DNA of 64,000 nt from Eledone cirrhosa (taxonomy: Eukaryota). The DNA is taken from positions 149,296,001-149,360,000 of the forward strand of contig OZ024740.1 of the NCBI GenBank assembly GCA_964016885.1. The letters are read 5' to 3'. The position numbers and the translations under genes were made by a program. How positions within the stretch are numbered: position 1 is the stretch's first letter; every line of letters starts with the position of its first letter. The notes beneath the pieces are model-generated. The model did no database searches and was not told the DNA's origin. It was given only the letters and a program-made list of their open reading frames with translations. Below, piece after piece: positions 1-15,374 of the stretch.

Positions 1-295
1 CCAAATCAGACCACTGTTGGACGGCTTGGCCATGACTCTCCAGGTGCCGAGCTACAGATCCATCGCTTTTCGTACTTTATTTTTACTCCTGTTCCTGTTA
101 CCGCTTCCTATTCCCTGAGAGCAGTGCCGATCATCCCAATGTGCTTGGTGTTTGAGACCACTACGGTGACGTCGTTAGCATATGTTGATACAGATATCCC
201 ATATCCTAGTTCGCGTGGAATGCTCCTCAACGTCTCCAATTTGTGCAGTAATAGCTCGAAAATCAATACATACAAAAGGGACGAAACAAGTATAT
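1..295 (-). mobile_element. Fragment of Tx1-like LINE reverse transcriptase (same family group as 19-31 kb elements)
   Basis: Translation LLHKLETLRSIPRELGYGISVSTYANDVTVVVSNTKHI matches the YADD region of the 1139-aa ORF2 at 25386..28805; runs off the window start. Confidence 0.85.
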
Positions 296-1775
296 GGATA
301 AATACATCTAAATGAATGTTGTAATTATAAAGAGAGAAAAGCATGATTGAAAAGAAATCATAATGAACATTTTCAGTTTTATATGCCAATACATATTGTA
401 TTTTTAAGATGGGTTTCGGATATATTTTTTATAAATAAGTATCGGGAAAGACGAATAATATAGACATTGACATTATACATAAGCACAAGGCATAGATATA
501 TAATGAAGCAGAATCGAAAATATGTGACATCCATATTTTACACAACATTGCTAGCTGCCACGGTTAGTTGCACAATGTGTTCGATCATGAAAACGAAATC
601 GTCTCATGAATCCAACTTACTACCAGCTTTCTACTAATATTACAGCAGCTGAAAAAATAGCAGTTAAGGTTGGATTCAAGCAGAGAGCTTTGAATGATAA
701 AGAATATAATTTATGAACTAGAAGAAAGAAACTGTCTCATCAATCCTCACAGTATTGTCTTTATTTCTCCTTAATCCAGCGTTAACACAGCTGCTCCTTA
801 TTTTTAATGATAGCAATATTATACCACAGGGAATATTGTTGAGTATAAAGTATTTTATTAATCGTTGTTATTCGTTGGAGACACAAGCATAAAATCACAA
901 GTTTCACAATAAGCATTTCCTGTTTCCAGTACATGAGGATGTTTAACTTTTATAGAAATATAAAGAATTTTAGCATTAATCTCATTACATACTTCAGCAT
1001 ATTGCTAATATAATTAATTTTAAATGTGAATCATTCTAGTTTTATTACTGGGTGATATGTCTTATTTCATATTTGTACTGAATGATAACATATTCTTACT
1101 AGAATTATATATCATTCATTCATTTACAATTTGAAGTGGAAACAAGCAGATTTTTTCAACTTATTTAAATAATATTTATTTATACATACATGGAATTTTA
1201 AATATTGAATAACAAAAATATGCACGAATAAACAAACGTTTTTCAAATATGATCAAATTTTACATTATTAAATTATATTTGTCAACATAGCACTCCACTA
1301 AATTCTTCAGATTAGAGGTTATATTTTCAGATTTTATATACCAGCATAAGTGGACTTTTTATGTTGTACCAGTAGGGTCAAATACATTAGAAATGACGAC
1401 TATGCAACAGAAATTAACCGAAAGTACATTTGTTGAACATTGCATTTTTCATTAGTTTAACAAATATTGATCATTGACGAAGATCAGAGTTTACACGAAA
1501 CAGTTTTCTCAATTTAGGATTCGCATACTGAAAATATGAACTTTATCCGCAGAACATTTTAAATAAGAGAATAGCTTATTTAGTAAAAGAGATTGCTCGA
1601 ATAGAATTCCATTCAGATAAGAGAAACTCATTCAGTATTGAATTAACTATAGATAAAAAACATAACTTAAGAGGTAAATGATTTTTCTTTTAATGATTGT
1701 TTCCCAAACATAGCACGTAATCCAATGAAGACTACACAAATACAGACATACATGCGCACGCACCCACACACACAA

Positions 1776-1820
<45 letters not shown>

Positions 1821-4083
1821 ACTGAGAAGACGTTAACAATAGAGGGTGTCAGGGAAGATGTTAAAATGCTCCAAATATGTGTCTGTAGTCACCGGATATA
1901 AAGCAAATGGGGAAATCTGAAATAAGACACGCATGGCAATAATTAAATGGGTCATAGTTATTTTTTACTCAATAATTTTGTGTAAAATAAAGGTCCGAGG
2001 TTATTTTGTCAGCTGGTTTTGTGTTAATCCTTTCCCGTATTTTCCTCAACAATTGATAAGATGCTTTGCTTATGAGGTCTAATAATACTCTAAATAAAAT
2101 GCCTGAAGTCATTACCATAACAGTAATTATAAGACTCCTCCTCACCGAATTATACATTTAATTATTGTTTTTAATATATTTGAATTATAAGTATGTCTTC
2201 AGGAATAGAAATTAAGTTAATTTTTTTTCTCTTGGCTGAGAATTTGATTTTAATTAATTAACGTTTCCTGCCAGACTAGATACATTGTGTCGAGATTCAC
2301 TTCAATACATGTTACCTGTCAGCTATTTGTAATGTTTATTCTTTGCGTGCGGGTATATTAGTGGCTGGCAGAACAAAAGTCTGCCGTATTCCAAACTAGA
2401 GAATGCCTGCTATTATGCTATCACAAATAATACCTGATTAAGTCAGATTACATGCCTAATTGGAAATTTTCCAACTTAATGATTCATTAACATATAAAAC
2501 TATTATATTATAACTAATGCCATATGATACGATATATATAGATACATATGTTATAACTAATAATTGGGATTTCTTCTAGTGCAGTGAAGTGGAATAAATG
2601 CCGTGAATACCACGTCAGATAAAATTTTTAATGACATTTAGTTATTTCTCTTTTCGTTTTAACTTCGAATTATGTTTGGATTGAGTTTGTCATTCACCTC
2701 TCAAGGTCGATTAAATAGCTAACTGCATTATATATTTGTGTTCGTTCAATCGTCAATATCCACCTCTTATAATTTGCAGTTTTGTACTAGTGCAAGAAAT
2801 GGATTTTTGTTTTTTTATTGAGAGGATTATTTCATTTTCTCAATGCAATATGCTTATATATTATTAATAATATCTCATTTATTTTTAATTTGGTTTAACA
2901 TTTCAAATGATTATTTCTATGCAGGTTTTGAACAGTTTTTGCTGAAACCAAAACAGTAAATTGTTGTGTGTGTCCTCACATTTTGAATGCTTAAAAATAA
3001 TTATTGTAAAATTTGCCGTTACAACACACTACTGTTTGCAGCAGCATAAAACCTCTTTAGCCGTGAATTATCAAACTCAATAAAATGTCGGATAGAATGC
3101 TTTGAGGGGTTCGTTCAGGCTCTCTGCGCTCTCTTACATCAAATCCCGTATGGGTCTACGTATAGATATTCCGGGAATATAACACTTGATATCAATGAAA
3201 ACTTTAATCAAATCTAAATGTCTGTAAATTCATAATCTACGAATGAGATTAATAATCTGTAAAATTATAATCTTATTGACAACTCATCCCTTTTATTACC
3301 TATGGAGTCGAATTAAATGCATTGACACGGTTTTTACCTAGCCTTTGTTCCTCGTAGAAACGTTGTTTAGGAATGCGTCTATTGGAAAGACGAACAAGAT
3401 ATCCTGACCATCTTAGGCAACTAAGAATATTATTTCCTCTAACGAACTTCTGTTTGCTCTTCTTGGTCACAATTGCATCTAGAGTGGGAGATTAATGATG
3501 TTTCTGAAGTAGTTCTTTTGGAATCTTTCCAATGGCTTTATGTCACACATGTCTAGTCGAGATTTCAGAGCAATATATAAGCGAAGTCAAGGTAAAAGCA
3601 CGAAATACAATAATCTTTGTATCCACTGCTGGTTCCAGGCACGCTGATTTGGTTTGACAAAGCATCATATGCATTTTGAATACTCATGAAAATCTCGTCA
3701 TCTAGTTACCCAGGTTGAGAGAGGGTATTGCCAAGATATACAAATTTGTTAACATCACAGTGTTTTGCACTTTACAATCATGACTGGAGAAATATACGGC
3801 TTCGCAGGAGCTAGCTGATACATAGCTACTGTCTTCGTCAAATTCATAGAAAACCCTTGATGCAATGGCGGTATTACAGGATGGTGCATGCGATTGAAGA
3901 TCAATTTATGTATGGCAAATAATGTCTGCAGCGTCTGTATAAAGAAAGATATTTTACTAGAGACAAAAATGTTGTTTTTTTTTTTGTTTCCGTCTGTATA
4001 GTACTTTTTTTTACTATCCTGGAAAAGTAGTTTATTGAAAACATGATTGGAGCATCAAGGTCTCATTGTTTCACCAAATGTTT

Positions 4084-4326
4084 GTCAAATCCTATGTGGG
4101 TATGGCGGAAGGCCGATTTAAGGAACGCTTCCTGAACCACCAGTCAACTTTTAGGTACCCGGACAGACGTTCATCCACGAAACTCGCGAGCCACGTGTGG
4201 TCCCTCAAGGACTCAAGTATAGACTACTCCATTCAATGGAAAGCCATCACTAAGTCCAAACCATACGCAAGGGGAAATCCGTCGTATTGATGAACGAATA
4301 TATATTCTAAAGAGATTACGCAATAG
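4084..4326 (+). mobile_element. Penelope-like element GIY-YIG endonuclease fragment
   Basis: VKSYVGMAEGRFKERFLNHQSTFRY...TKLASHVWSLK...IQWKAI..SKPY; homologous to copies at 14.0-14.6 kb and 50.5-51.4 kb. Confidence 0.8.
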
Positions 4327-4328
4327 TA

Positions 4329-4412
<84 letters not shown>

Positions 4413-4414
<2 letters not shown>

Positions 4415-5092
4415 GGTCGGCAAGAAAGTAATTTCGTTTTTCGCAAATAGATACAGTTAGGATATTTTTAAATGACTTTTGTCAATGTTTTGATTTTTCC
4501 TTTCGACATTTGATACCCGTTACATTTAGCTTACTGTAGAAGCAAATTGTGCGTAATTTTGCTTACTGCTGTTAGTTCAGTGTACATTTTAACATGGAGT
4601 GTAAAAACGAACATTTTCGCCATATTTTGCTTTTTTATTTCCATAAAGGCAAGAAAGCTGCTGAGGCTCACAAAGAGATATGTGAAGTTTATGGTGTTGA
4701 TTGCTTAATAGAACGCATATGTGAGAAATGGTTTTAAAAATTCCGTTCTGGAGATTTTTCATTCAAAGGTGACCAACATTCTGGTCGACCTACTGAAGTT
4801 GAGGATGACCGAATCAAAGCCATAATTGTATCTGATTGTCATATAACTGCGCGACAGATTGCAGAGGGGTTAAATGTATCACACACAACAATTGAAAATC
4901 ACTTAAAATATCTTCGACTCGTTAAGAAGCCCGATATTAGGGTTCCACATAAATTGAAAGAGATTCACTTAACACAACGAATCGATATTTGCGATATGCA
5001 TCTCAAACGCAATTAAATCGACATTTGTTTAAACGAATCATCACTGGTGATGAAAAATGGATTGTCTACAATAACATCCATCGAAAACGATA
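4413..5092 (+). mobile_element. Truncated mariner DNA transposon (mellifera-subfamily-like) with decayed transposase
   Basis: From ATG 4594: MECKNEHFRHILLFYFHKGKKAAEAHKEICEVYG...KWF*KFRSGDFS...SGRP...RVPHKL...RIITGDEKWIVYNN. It has stops and a frameshift. A TIR-like 5' end (tagggtcggcaagaaagtaatttcgttttt) lies next to (TG)n. The 3' half is missing. Confidence 0.9.
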
Positions 5093-5399
5093 CTGTAAAC
5101 AACTAAGTGTAAAAAATAATAACACGAGATAGTGTTACATTGGAAGTGGTTTAATAGTCACTATATTTCGGATTTCGCATCCATCAACTGGGGGTTTTCT
5201 GAGAGGAAAAAGGTTGTGTCGTAGAAGGACCACACGTGGCCCCCACTGTTTACCGTGTGCGTAAAACTAATATACTCTATCGGGTGCGTACACGCGCCCG
5301 GTAGAGTATTTCCTCTTACATGTCTCTCTCTTTACCACCTGATTCTGTTACCCGGAGATTTACCCATCTGCATTGTTGAGGCTTCCAAAACGACTATTT

Positions 5400-5470
<71 letters not shown>

Positions 5471-7502
5471 ATCGAGGGAATATACGTGTGAATAAGTGTG
5501 AATATGTGTGAATATGTGTGTGTGTGTCTGTGTGTGGTGTGCTACTATTAGGTATATCTTCAAAATATTTGCAATTTTCCCAGTAAATATTTCTGAAACC
5601 AAAAATACAGTGTTTCCACGAAGAATATTTAGTTCTAGTTTTACAACAATTTTTTCTGACACTATTTTTTACACTAGGTGAAATTTGCACTTGGCAGACT
5701 TTGCATTGTATTTTATGCCAAATGTGTTAATACCTAAATTCTTCTCACATTATAATATACAACACTAACACAAATTAAAATTGAAGAAAATATAAGGATA
5801 TATACAATTGAAATAGATGTCATATCTCTTCCTTGGTGTATTTGTATAAATTTAAGCGTATGATGACATATCAAGTTATATGCCAAACAACTAACACGCC
5901 AATATATTTTTTTTCTTTACGTCATTCTTATCCCCTGTCATTTTTACTATTTAGCCAAGGAGGGAAAGGCAGTGCGAGATGTGAGAGCGAAAGAGAGAGG
6001 AAGGTGTTCTTAAACCAGAGACCCGATCCGGGCAAGTGGTTGCGTGTATCATGTACTTAGATCACGCAAAGATCCCGATCAAATCCAGTCCTGCGATGTT
6101 ACAATTGACAATACCCACTTTATTTCATCGACCCCCATAAGAAATGAAACATAAAATTAATTTCAACGACATTTGAACTTGGACATCTGTGATCAAAAAC
6201 GAATACTCTAAAGCATTTTATCCTCTGCTCTAATGTTTTCGTGAATTTGTCAGGTAAATAAATTAAAGTAATTTTTAAAGTATTTAACTAAGAAGAACAG
6301 TGAATTTTTGATAAAGTGAACACGTGAACCCCGAAGAATAGCTATGGATCATAATCTACGGGAGAAAATCTCCAATGGAAATTATATTCACTAAAGTTTG
6401 TGTGTATTAGTCTATTGTGACCCATCGAAATTAATCTAACAATTTTGTAACCATGTCTATCATATAGAATACTATAATCGAAATGAAAAACCACTTCGAA
6501 TATGAAATATGAAAAGGGAAAACTTTTGTCCCAGATGTCTTTATTTCCAAATAGGTTTTTAAGGTGTTATTTGCATGGATATTGATTAAGCATAAACTTT
6601 CAAACTTTAAGACAATTGTCAAGAGAATAATTCTTACTTTGAAAATTACAACCAATTTGCATTTAAAGGAAGGATAGTAGATTAAATACTAATAAGTTTC
6701 CCACTAAGAAGCAATATTGGAATATGATAATCAATATAGTATAAACCTGGTGGCATTTTTCAAATATATCTGCATTTATCATGGAACAATTTCACGCATG
6801 ATGATAATTGAATGAAAGTTATTGTCATATCTGACTGATGACCATCTGGTCAACAGCTCAAGGCTTCTCATACACTACACCTGCAATATTTAAATAAGAA
6901 GTATTTACTGATATCATATAGTTTGCTAGAAACTTCAACTGATAAATCTATGATTGACAAAATAATAACAAACTGAATGAATCTAATCTCAATAACTGGT
7001 GTTAGATTCTTGGTACATCAATTTCATTGTTTTTTTCTTTTTTTATAAAAGAAAAAGTATATTTCCCCTTTAAAGAACACCATACATACAAGTAGATAAA
7101 AACCCTGCTCCAAGATATAACTCTTGTCAATTTTATGGACTAAAGTTTCACCTTGTGAAGTCTCAGTACGTACTAAAGTTTGAACTTTAATACCGAAAAT
7201 AGATATGTTTTATTAGAGTAACAAGCCACACAGTGCAAGAGGTAGGCATGAAGGAGCCAATCAATCAAAGAGGTTTTAATTTCTTTTCTATAAATGTATC
7301 ATTATCAATTTCACTAATTCCCTTAGAGAATATATAAACATTAAAAACTCAACTTAATATGTATGTTCGTTTCTATTAGATCTCTCTAATCAGAATATAT
7401 CGTGAAAGCTACGGTCAGCTACTCAAAATAATGATCATCATGTAACTCAAACAAAAAAAGAAATAAATCTGCTGTTATTCTCAAAGAATAATAACTGATG
7501 TT

Positions 7503-7597
7503 AATAACTGTTTCTACTTTTGGCACAAGGCCAGCAATTAACCCAGTGTATTACTGGTACTTTATTTTATCGACCCCGTAATGATGAAAGGCAAAGA
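7503..7597 (-). mobile_element. tRNA-derived SINE, 3' part
   Basis: Matches the 3' half of the SINE at 48999-49190 (gcctttcatc...ggggtcgataaaataaagtaccagt...ggccttgtgccaaaagtagaaac). Confidence 0.85.
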
Positions 7598-7632
7598 TTT
7601 CAGAATTTCCTTAATTTAGAATGAACTATTAC

Positions 7633-7633
<1 letters not shown>

Positions 7634-7663
<30 letters not shown>

Positions 7664-7701
7664 AAGAAGAAGAAGAAGAAGAAGAAGAAGAAGAAGAAGA
7701 A
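7634..7701. repeat. (AAG)n microsatellite
   Basis: Direct reading. Confidence 0.95.
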
Positions 7702-8891
7702 TTAATATACAATGAAATGGGTGCTATCGTGGGATTAATATTGTTAAAATTGCGCCACAGTCATAACATGCATTTATCAGTCTGCGGCCTTTCTTTTTGT
7801 AATGTATTTTTAAAGTGTAGTGATAAATCTAAATGCATCATCTGATATTTGCTACTGATGTTTCCAAATGTTTTATAATTAAGACTTCAGCTTAGAAAGA
7901 TATTGGTCATAAATACTCTCCCCCCCCCCCCCCCCCACACACACACACCTTACACTAACACGGAAATTTATCTTTTCCCTTAACCTTTCTAAATATTTAT
8001 ATATCGTTTTCATATTTCAGCTTATAATTCTATTCCTTTATACTTAGATTCGTATGTATCCAACAATACATTTACCATAATTAGAAAAATTACTTGATCA
8101 ACTATCCAATATCCCGTATCATTCACCATCAAAACATATATGAAATAATTCCAGCCAATGAAGGTGCCTCTACAGATCGTGCTAGAAATAGTAGCCAAAA
8201 TTTCCTTAAAATCACTCTACCTTTTTACAAACCGATACGTTGACCATATAGTCCTATATACTTCCAGAGAGACTAATGAAAGCTAGAATAACACTGATAA
8301 TAGCTCTAATCAATAAGGCTGACGGTGGGCTAAACTACAATGGCAGGTAATATTTTTAAATCATAGTTTATCTTGTGTAATTTTAGCATATGCTGACGAG
8401 GTTTTTACTAACTCCGATACTATCAAATTCGTGTATATAAAAGCCTCCTATAACCAAATCCACTTTTTAGGTGGATGCAATATGATTTTAAGATAATTCT
8501 GACTTATAAGGAATTTACAGGCAATAGAAATGAAATCAGTTCCTTTCAAACAGATTCAAAGGTTTCAAATATTTGTAACCGATGTGTTTTTGTTTTTTCT
8601 ATTAAATATTGTTTCAATTAATCATTATTGGGGGTCACGTTATTGACCAAAGTTTATATGACTCGATTAACATATAGTTCGGAAATCTACTGGAAAGAAC
8701 TAAAGCGGAAAAAAAGGCAAAAATAATAACAATTTTTCAGTTTTGTTGTGCTGAATAAAACGAATGCACGAAACGCCACTGGACCGAAGATATTCTTTCT
8801 AAAGTCATCTGTCAGTTTCTCTACAAGAAATAATTCACGTAAGAATAACCGTCGTTTTCTTTTTCGATGTGTGTTTGTATGTGAGTGCTTG

Positions 8892-8933
<42 letters not shown>

Positions 8934-11900
8934 ACTAAAATTGCAATTTGAAAAATTACTTGGATGTCAAATAGATTCGGACACCTCAGTTAATAGATTA
9001 CTTCTGTCATATTTGATCCAGGAACTTATAACAGGTTAGAAAGCTGTAAGAGTAAATCTATTGTTTATTTCTTTAAAACCTGGGAAAGCTGAGATTTAAT
9101 CATGCTATCATGGTATCATTACCGTTTTGGCAAACAAATAAGTATATAGGTCGACACATTTACATGTATAAGAAATATGATTTCATACATAAATGTATAT
9201 ATGTGTGTGTTTGTATGTATGTTTGTATAGAGTTTTTACTCAAACATGAATATATATTTGTAAGTGTTAGTGTGAATAATGAAATATTTAATTATCTATA
9301 AGATAATGATATGCCTATTAGCTTTCTCAATGCATATATGTTATTTTTGTTCATGTTAATCTCGAATAAGGAGATACAAAAATCATGTTTAAAATAATGA
9401 ATCCCCCAGTGCTTCATTAGCTAAATTAAATTTTATTTACTATAGTGTTAATAGAAGCCAAATCTGGGGTACAAGAAAAATTTCAAATTAAATCAGGCTG
9501 TATTTGTTAAAATGTATCCTGCCACTATTAAATTACAGTGCAATAAAATTATTCTTGAAACTTTAGATAAGAATATTTATGCCTATGCCATAGAAATCAC
9601 TATATGTAGGTTTTCTCTGAGTTTACTTCTCGAATTTGATACCCAATAGTAATTTTGTTTTATTTACACATTAATTGAGTATATAGGAAAATACAAAGAA
9701 TATTGCGCAAATATTTTACTCAAGTTCATGTTGCTGATATTTTGAAACATAGTGTGTTTAGATTTGAAAAATATTCACGCAAATCAACAAAGTGTGATAA
9801 TTAATGTTTAGTAATTTAATTTATTTTGTAAATTGATAGTTATTTGTCGATTTAAGAGAATTAAAAACCAAATTAAAAGAATATCACGCTAGGATTTATT
9901 GAAGTTATTTTATTTATATTATTCATGCGTACCTTTTCCTGCTAATAATAATACAAGGATAGGTAATTATTTCTACTAATCATATGAAAAGAGTTAGAAT
10001 GTAAACTAAGCTCTTGATATTTGAATAATTTCAGTAATTTGTACCATCAATTCTTGCTGTTATTTCACAAATAATCGATCAGGTTTTCTATTGCTTTCCA
10101 ACTCACCATAGCTGACAAAGAATTGCATTGTTTGATGATTAGCCGTATCAGTACTTCAGATTATTTAAGATATTTGATATATTCGTTGGGTTTTCAACTC
10201 ATTTACAATATGTTTAATAAGATAGTCACAATAGAAAGGTGAACAGAAGTGAAGCAGTATTCTTTCCCTTTCAATACACAATGTTATGTAACTCTTTCTG
10301 GAGCACGTTTATTTATTAACGTAAATGTGAAAATAAAGGATAATGGCTTTTACGTTAGAAGAGTTGACCTGTGTATAACAAAGAATGAATGTTTTTAATA
10401 TTTTCATCTAAGACTGAACCAGCGGTACCACCACCTTAGACTTTATACCGCCTCAAAAATCAAACACTTCAGATAAAATGCAATGCTAAACGATGTTTAG
10501 GATTTCATGGTTCACTGTAAATATATTCAAAATAAGAATTTATTTTTAATATTATATGCTAATTAATATGTCTTCGCTGTCTTTAGTCATTTGCCATCAT
10601 TGTACCAAATATTTTCAAACCTCCGGAAAAGTTACATTTGGCACCTAATATAGGAAAGCGAAATAGATACATGATTATTTCCAGTTACATCAAAATATAG
10701 CTGCTGTGAAACCAATGAAAATTACTGAGATCTTCAAATAAGTATAATTATTGTATGACTTCGTTATTAACTGCGACTTTAGTAATATTCATAAATATAA
10801 GTAATATGGAGAAAATGTGTATTATACAGAGTCTGTGTTAATACATCGTCTATTATTTACTGAGAATTAATAAGAGAGTAAAAAAAAAAAATATGAAATA
10901 CACATTAGGAGACATTATGTTATAAAAAGAAAAGTTCTGTTCATAAAAACATTATTCAAAGTAGGTTACGTTTTTACTGTGAAAATATACAAATTGTATG
11001 TGGCATTTAATGAAGCTTTGGAAAATATTTTATTTGCAGCATAAGTGAGAATAGGTCAATTTAAGAACCGAGTTAGTTCTGCCTGCTGCAAAACAAAGGT
11101 GAAATATGATGATTGTATTTAGTGCTAAAAATAAACTTTAAAACCTTCATCAATATTGCTTATAACAATATATTGTTTATACAATTCAAGAATGAAGAGA
11201 TAAAACAAAAATTTTAATGAAACGGGAAGGATGTTGATTTATATTAATCGGGAGGTGAAATTACATATAGGTGAAATTAAGAAACAGAAAGATAATTTGA
11301 TAAATGTGTTAAGCTCTCTAAGTGTCAATTAAAAGATTAATGTATCAAAGAAAAATCTACAAAGACGGCAGAATCACAGAATCACTAGAAATAAAAAATA
11401 GAGATATATTTGATGATTACATTCTACAAATAAAAAAATGACAGAATCATTAAAAGCAGAATGTGTAGGAACAAAGAAAAAGAAACCAGACTATAAGAAA
11501 AAAGAATTGTATATTTAAATGGGATAAGAATTGTAGGGGAGGAAAAACTAACGATAGTGTATCCTTTAACTGCGCATGATATGTATGATACTGGTACATG
11601 ATAATAGTACATGAATACGGTCAAAATGTGTAATGGTCATTAAACGTCTAACACCAATGATAACATTTCAAATTTCAAATTTCAAATTTTCGCAATGTTT
11701 CTGACGGCCTTATCTCTAGCTACAGGCTTAAAATCCTTTAAGAAACAGCAATCAATGGCTCTCGGAAGTTGCCTCACCAACTACAACGCAAAATTAATTG
11801 CAAGTATTGCCATGCCAATTTCACATCTATAGCATTTACACATAACATTTCTCGATGAATAACATTCAGAGAACAATAAGTCTGACCATTTGCTGACCCT

Positions 11901-13479
11901 CTGTAATATATTGCTCTACAAAATATTACTGTTGGTGAAAATGCAAACATGTCAATACCACCAGCGCAAATATGTGATATTTCGACTAGATTTTCACATT
12001 TTAAATGGATCGAAAGAATTAACAAAGAATTGGAAATGTATTTTCTGCTCAGAAGAATTATTTAATATGAAAGAGCCATAGGAACAGCGATAGAAGGACC
12101 AATAGCCACAATTAGATAATCCATTGTAGTTTATGTGTTTATTTTCGAAACTGAAACATCTTAAATAATGACTGTCTCAGAAGTATAGAAATAATAAGAA
12201 CATTATCATTGACTATTTAAATAACTATTGCAAAATATTTCCAGCATCATCTTCAAACTGACAATATTTGTTTTATGTTAATCGGAAGTGGGAGGCAGTT
12301 CTGGTGACGATTGCACGTCTTCTTTACGTTGTTCCTACGAAGACTGGGAGTCTAATCTCTATACTGGCAACAGAGTGAACTCCACTAAAGTCATCGAACG
12401 ACCAAATGGTGGTTTTTATGTATACCACCCAATATATTCCTACAGATAATTTGCATATTAAATAAAAAGAAGGAACTTCAGATCGATATATGTATATGTC
12501 TACATTTATATAGTGTTATGCTATTGTACGTTCGGTCTAAGCATTTACTCAGACATCTATTTAGTTTACACCATCACTAATAAGTCTAACTGATATCTAT
12601 CACTTTGCTTCACATCATAACACAGTACTAACAAACTTAATAAGATTCTCATATTTCAATATATTTTTTCAACTGATTTAATAGCCATATCTGTTATTAA
12701 TTTCATCAGCTGTTTGAATATGTGAAAACATACAATTAAATTAACATAAACATGAACCTCTTGTGCTCTAGTTATAATCAATAATTATTTTTCAATCTGC
12801 ACGCTTTACAAACCATACGTGTGTGCATGTTTATAAGTGTTTGTAAAGGAGAGTACATATATTATTATCAAATGTTTGTTGTAGAATGTGTGTTTATCTC
12901 CGTTCTCTTTTGGCCGAAATTGCGTGTTCGTATGCACGATTAAAAATATGAACATGGTTGAACATTTGTTTTGCATATACACTATAGTCTTTTAAAGTTA
13001 TAAATTATTTGTCAGAAAAATTGATATTTAAATGAGGAGACATGTTTTATCTAAGATAATTATTTTATCTGTTAAGATTTATTCCGATATATCCTTCGCT
13101 TTTATTTTTATAAATATTTATTATGTAAGAAAATACATCTTGATATTACTTGTTCATAATATTTTGCATTTGGTAGTATTCATATTTTTATTTATACGAG
13201 ATTTCCTAAAACTTTAAATATGTATATATATAGTATTGTCATAACTTTAAGTAATTTTGAAAGTATCATTGCGCACATTTAATAGAAAATGCCTCGATTT
13301 AGATGAATTGAGATTTGTGAAGTACACCTGTGTCTATTATCAACATCATATATGTATGAATATATATATGTTATTTTAATAAATATTTGCTCTACGGTTC
13401 TTATATATTTGATATATATTTATCGTTATCGAGCCCTCTTTGGATTTTAGTCTTCAAATTTATTATTATTATTACTATA

Positions 13480-13993
<514 letters not shown>

Positions 13994-13994
13994 T

Positions 13995-14640
13995 AGTTTC
14001 ACAACAATTAGTTGACCATACCGCGAACAAATGTTTCACCTTGCCGATCTTCAGCTCGGTCTGAGTGTGGTTGTACGGAAAAGGTAAAACAACCGTATGA
14101 ATACGCATGCGCAGAAACGGTCACTTCACCCAGGCGAAATAATCCCGCGGTCGAATGTAATTCGAATGTCTGGAATAAATTATTTGAGTTGATTAGAATA
14201 TTAGAATGTTGATGTTATTCAATCCGGAGCTTTGTAATTATGCAAGAGGTGTTTCCAGACGTGTGGTCAACGTGAAAAAAGCTCATTCCTTTAATTTAGG
14301 CAATCGTTATTGCGTAATCTCCTCAGAATATTGATCCTTTCTTCAATGCGCAATCCACAAGACGGATTACCCCTTGCACATGGCTTGGACTTAGCGATAG
14401 CTTTCCATTGGATGGACTAGTCTACGCCTGAGTCTTTGAGTTTCGTGGACGATCATTTGTCCGAGTATCTAAAGGTCGACTGATGGTTCAGGAAGCGTTC
14501 CTTAAACTGGCTTTCCACCATACCTACATAGGGTTTAACATCTTGTTGTTGATTTGGTCGGTTGGAAGTGACCACAGCTTCATAAATTACAGCGAGTGTG
14601 TTGCATTGTTGTTGAAGGGGACAAGCTTCAGGCTAAGAAA
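13995..14640 (-). mobile_element. Penelope-like element 3' end (GIY-YIG remnant plus pLTR-like 3' region)
   Basis: The minus strand encodes a decayed CP..QQCNTLAVIYEAVVTS...YVGMVESQFKERFLNHQSTFRY; nucleotide similarity to 50514-51230. Confidence 0.8.
14020..14060 (-). ncRNA. Type I minimal hammerhead ribozyme (family A)
   Basis: Minus strand accgag-CTGAAGA-tcggcaaggt-GAAA-catttgtt-cgcggt. The core is intact, stem I has one mismatch and stem II is weak. Confidence 0.7.
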
Positions 14641-14675
14641 CGGAGAATCAGTGGTGCGACGAATTAAAATTTATT

Positions 14676-14772
14676 AGACATATTACAATCGTTTCTCTAG
14701 CGACCAGCTCGAGGCACGATCGATGCGATGATCGAACCTGACTCTGAAATCGCAAGATCCTCAGATACGTCT
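14676..14772 (-). ncRNA. Type I hammerhead ribozyme with long extended stem II
   Basis: Minus strand agacgtat-CTGAGGA-tcttgcga...tcgctaga-GAAA-cgattgt-A-atatgtct. Stem I is 8 bp, the GUA site is present, and AATAAA follows. Confidence 0.8.
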
Positions 14773-15374
14773 CGATTTTTCGAAGCAGAGTTTCCAAATG
14801 CCCAGTTAATCCCGCGGCCTTCGCTAGCCAGCTTGTATCCTGCTGTTGTCTGTCGATGAGTGGTCAAGAATTTTACACGTCATCGGTATTTCTGACCACT
14901 CATGACCGTCATTTTTCTGGTTCCGTTCATATGTCACCTGTCAATCAAAGTTGTTTCATTTAGCGGAATTACTACTGTAGGAGGTAAGGGATTGTATGGT
15001 TGAAACGCTCGCGCCCTGTCGCAGCCTTCCCGGCCTGTAGACGCCCACACCCATGTCCATGTTTCTCGCAGGCGTGATGCATATGGGCATGTATACATAC
15101 ACAACAATCACATACATACCAGCAACTGTATTATATGCGACAATCACAATAAATACTAAATGTGCGGCGAATACTTAGAAAGAATTTTTAACAAATGGAA
15201 AAACATTAAAAAAAAACGTTTCAGAAAAACACACCGTCAAAATACCTTAATAATCAAATTTAAAAGAAACCCTTTAAAAAGAAATTTTTTTTAAAATGCT
15301 TGAAAGAGCCTCTCAAAAAAAATTTATTTAAAAAGTATTTTTGATAAATATACATACGTATATACACACACACA

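Noticed and set aside
8385-8440. Hammerhead-like CTGACGA...GATAC...GTA
   Set aside because: The core GAAA is altered and the stems are weak; cannot be distinguished from chance.
11690-12130. Hydrophobic minus-strand stretches vaguely like GPCR transmembrane helices
   Set aside because: Multiple stops, no diagnostic motif and no splice evidence; needs a BLASTX search.
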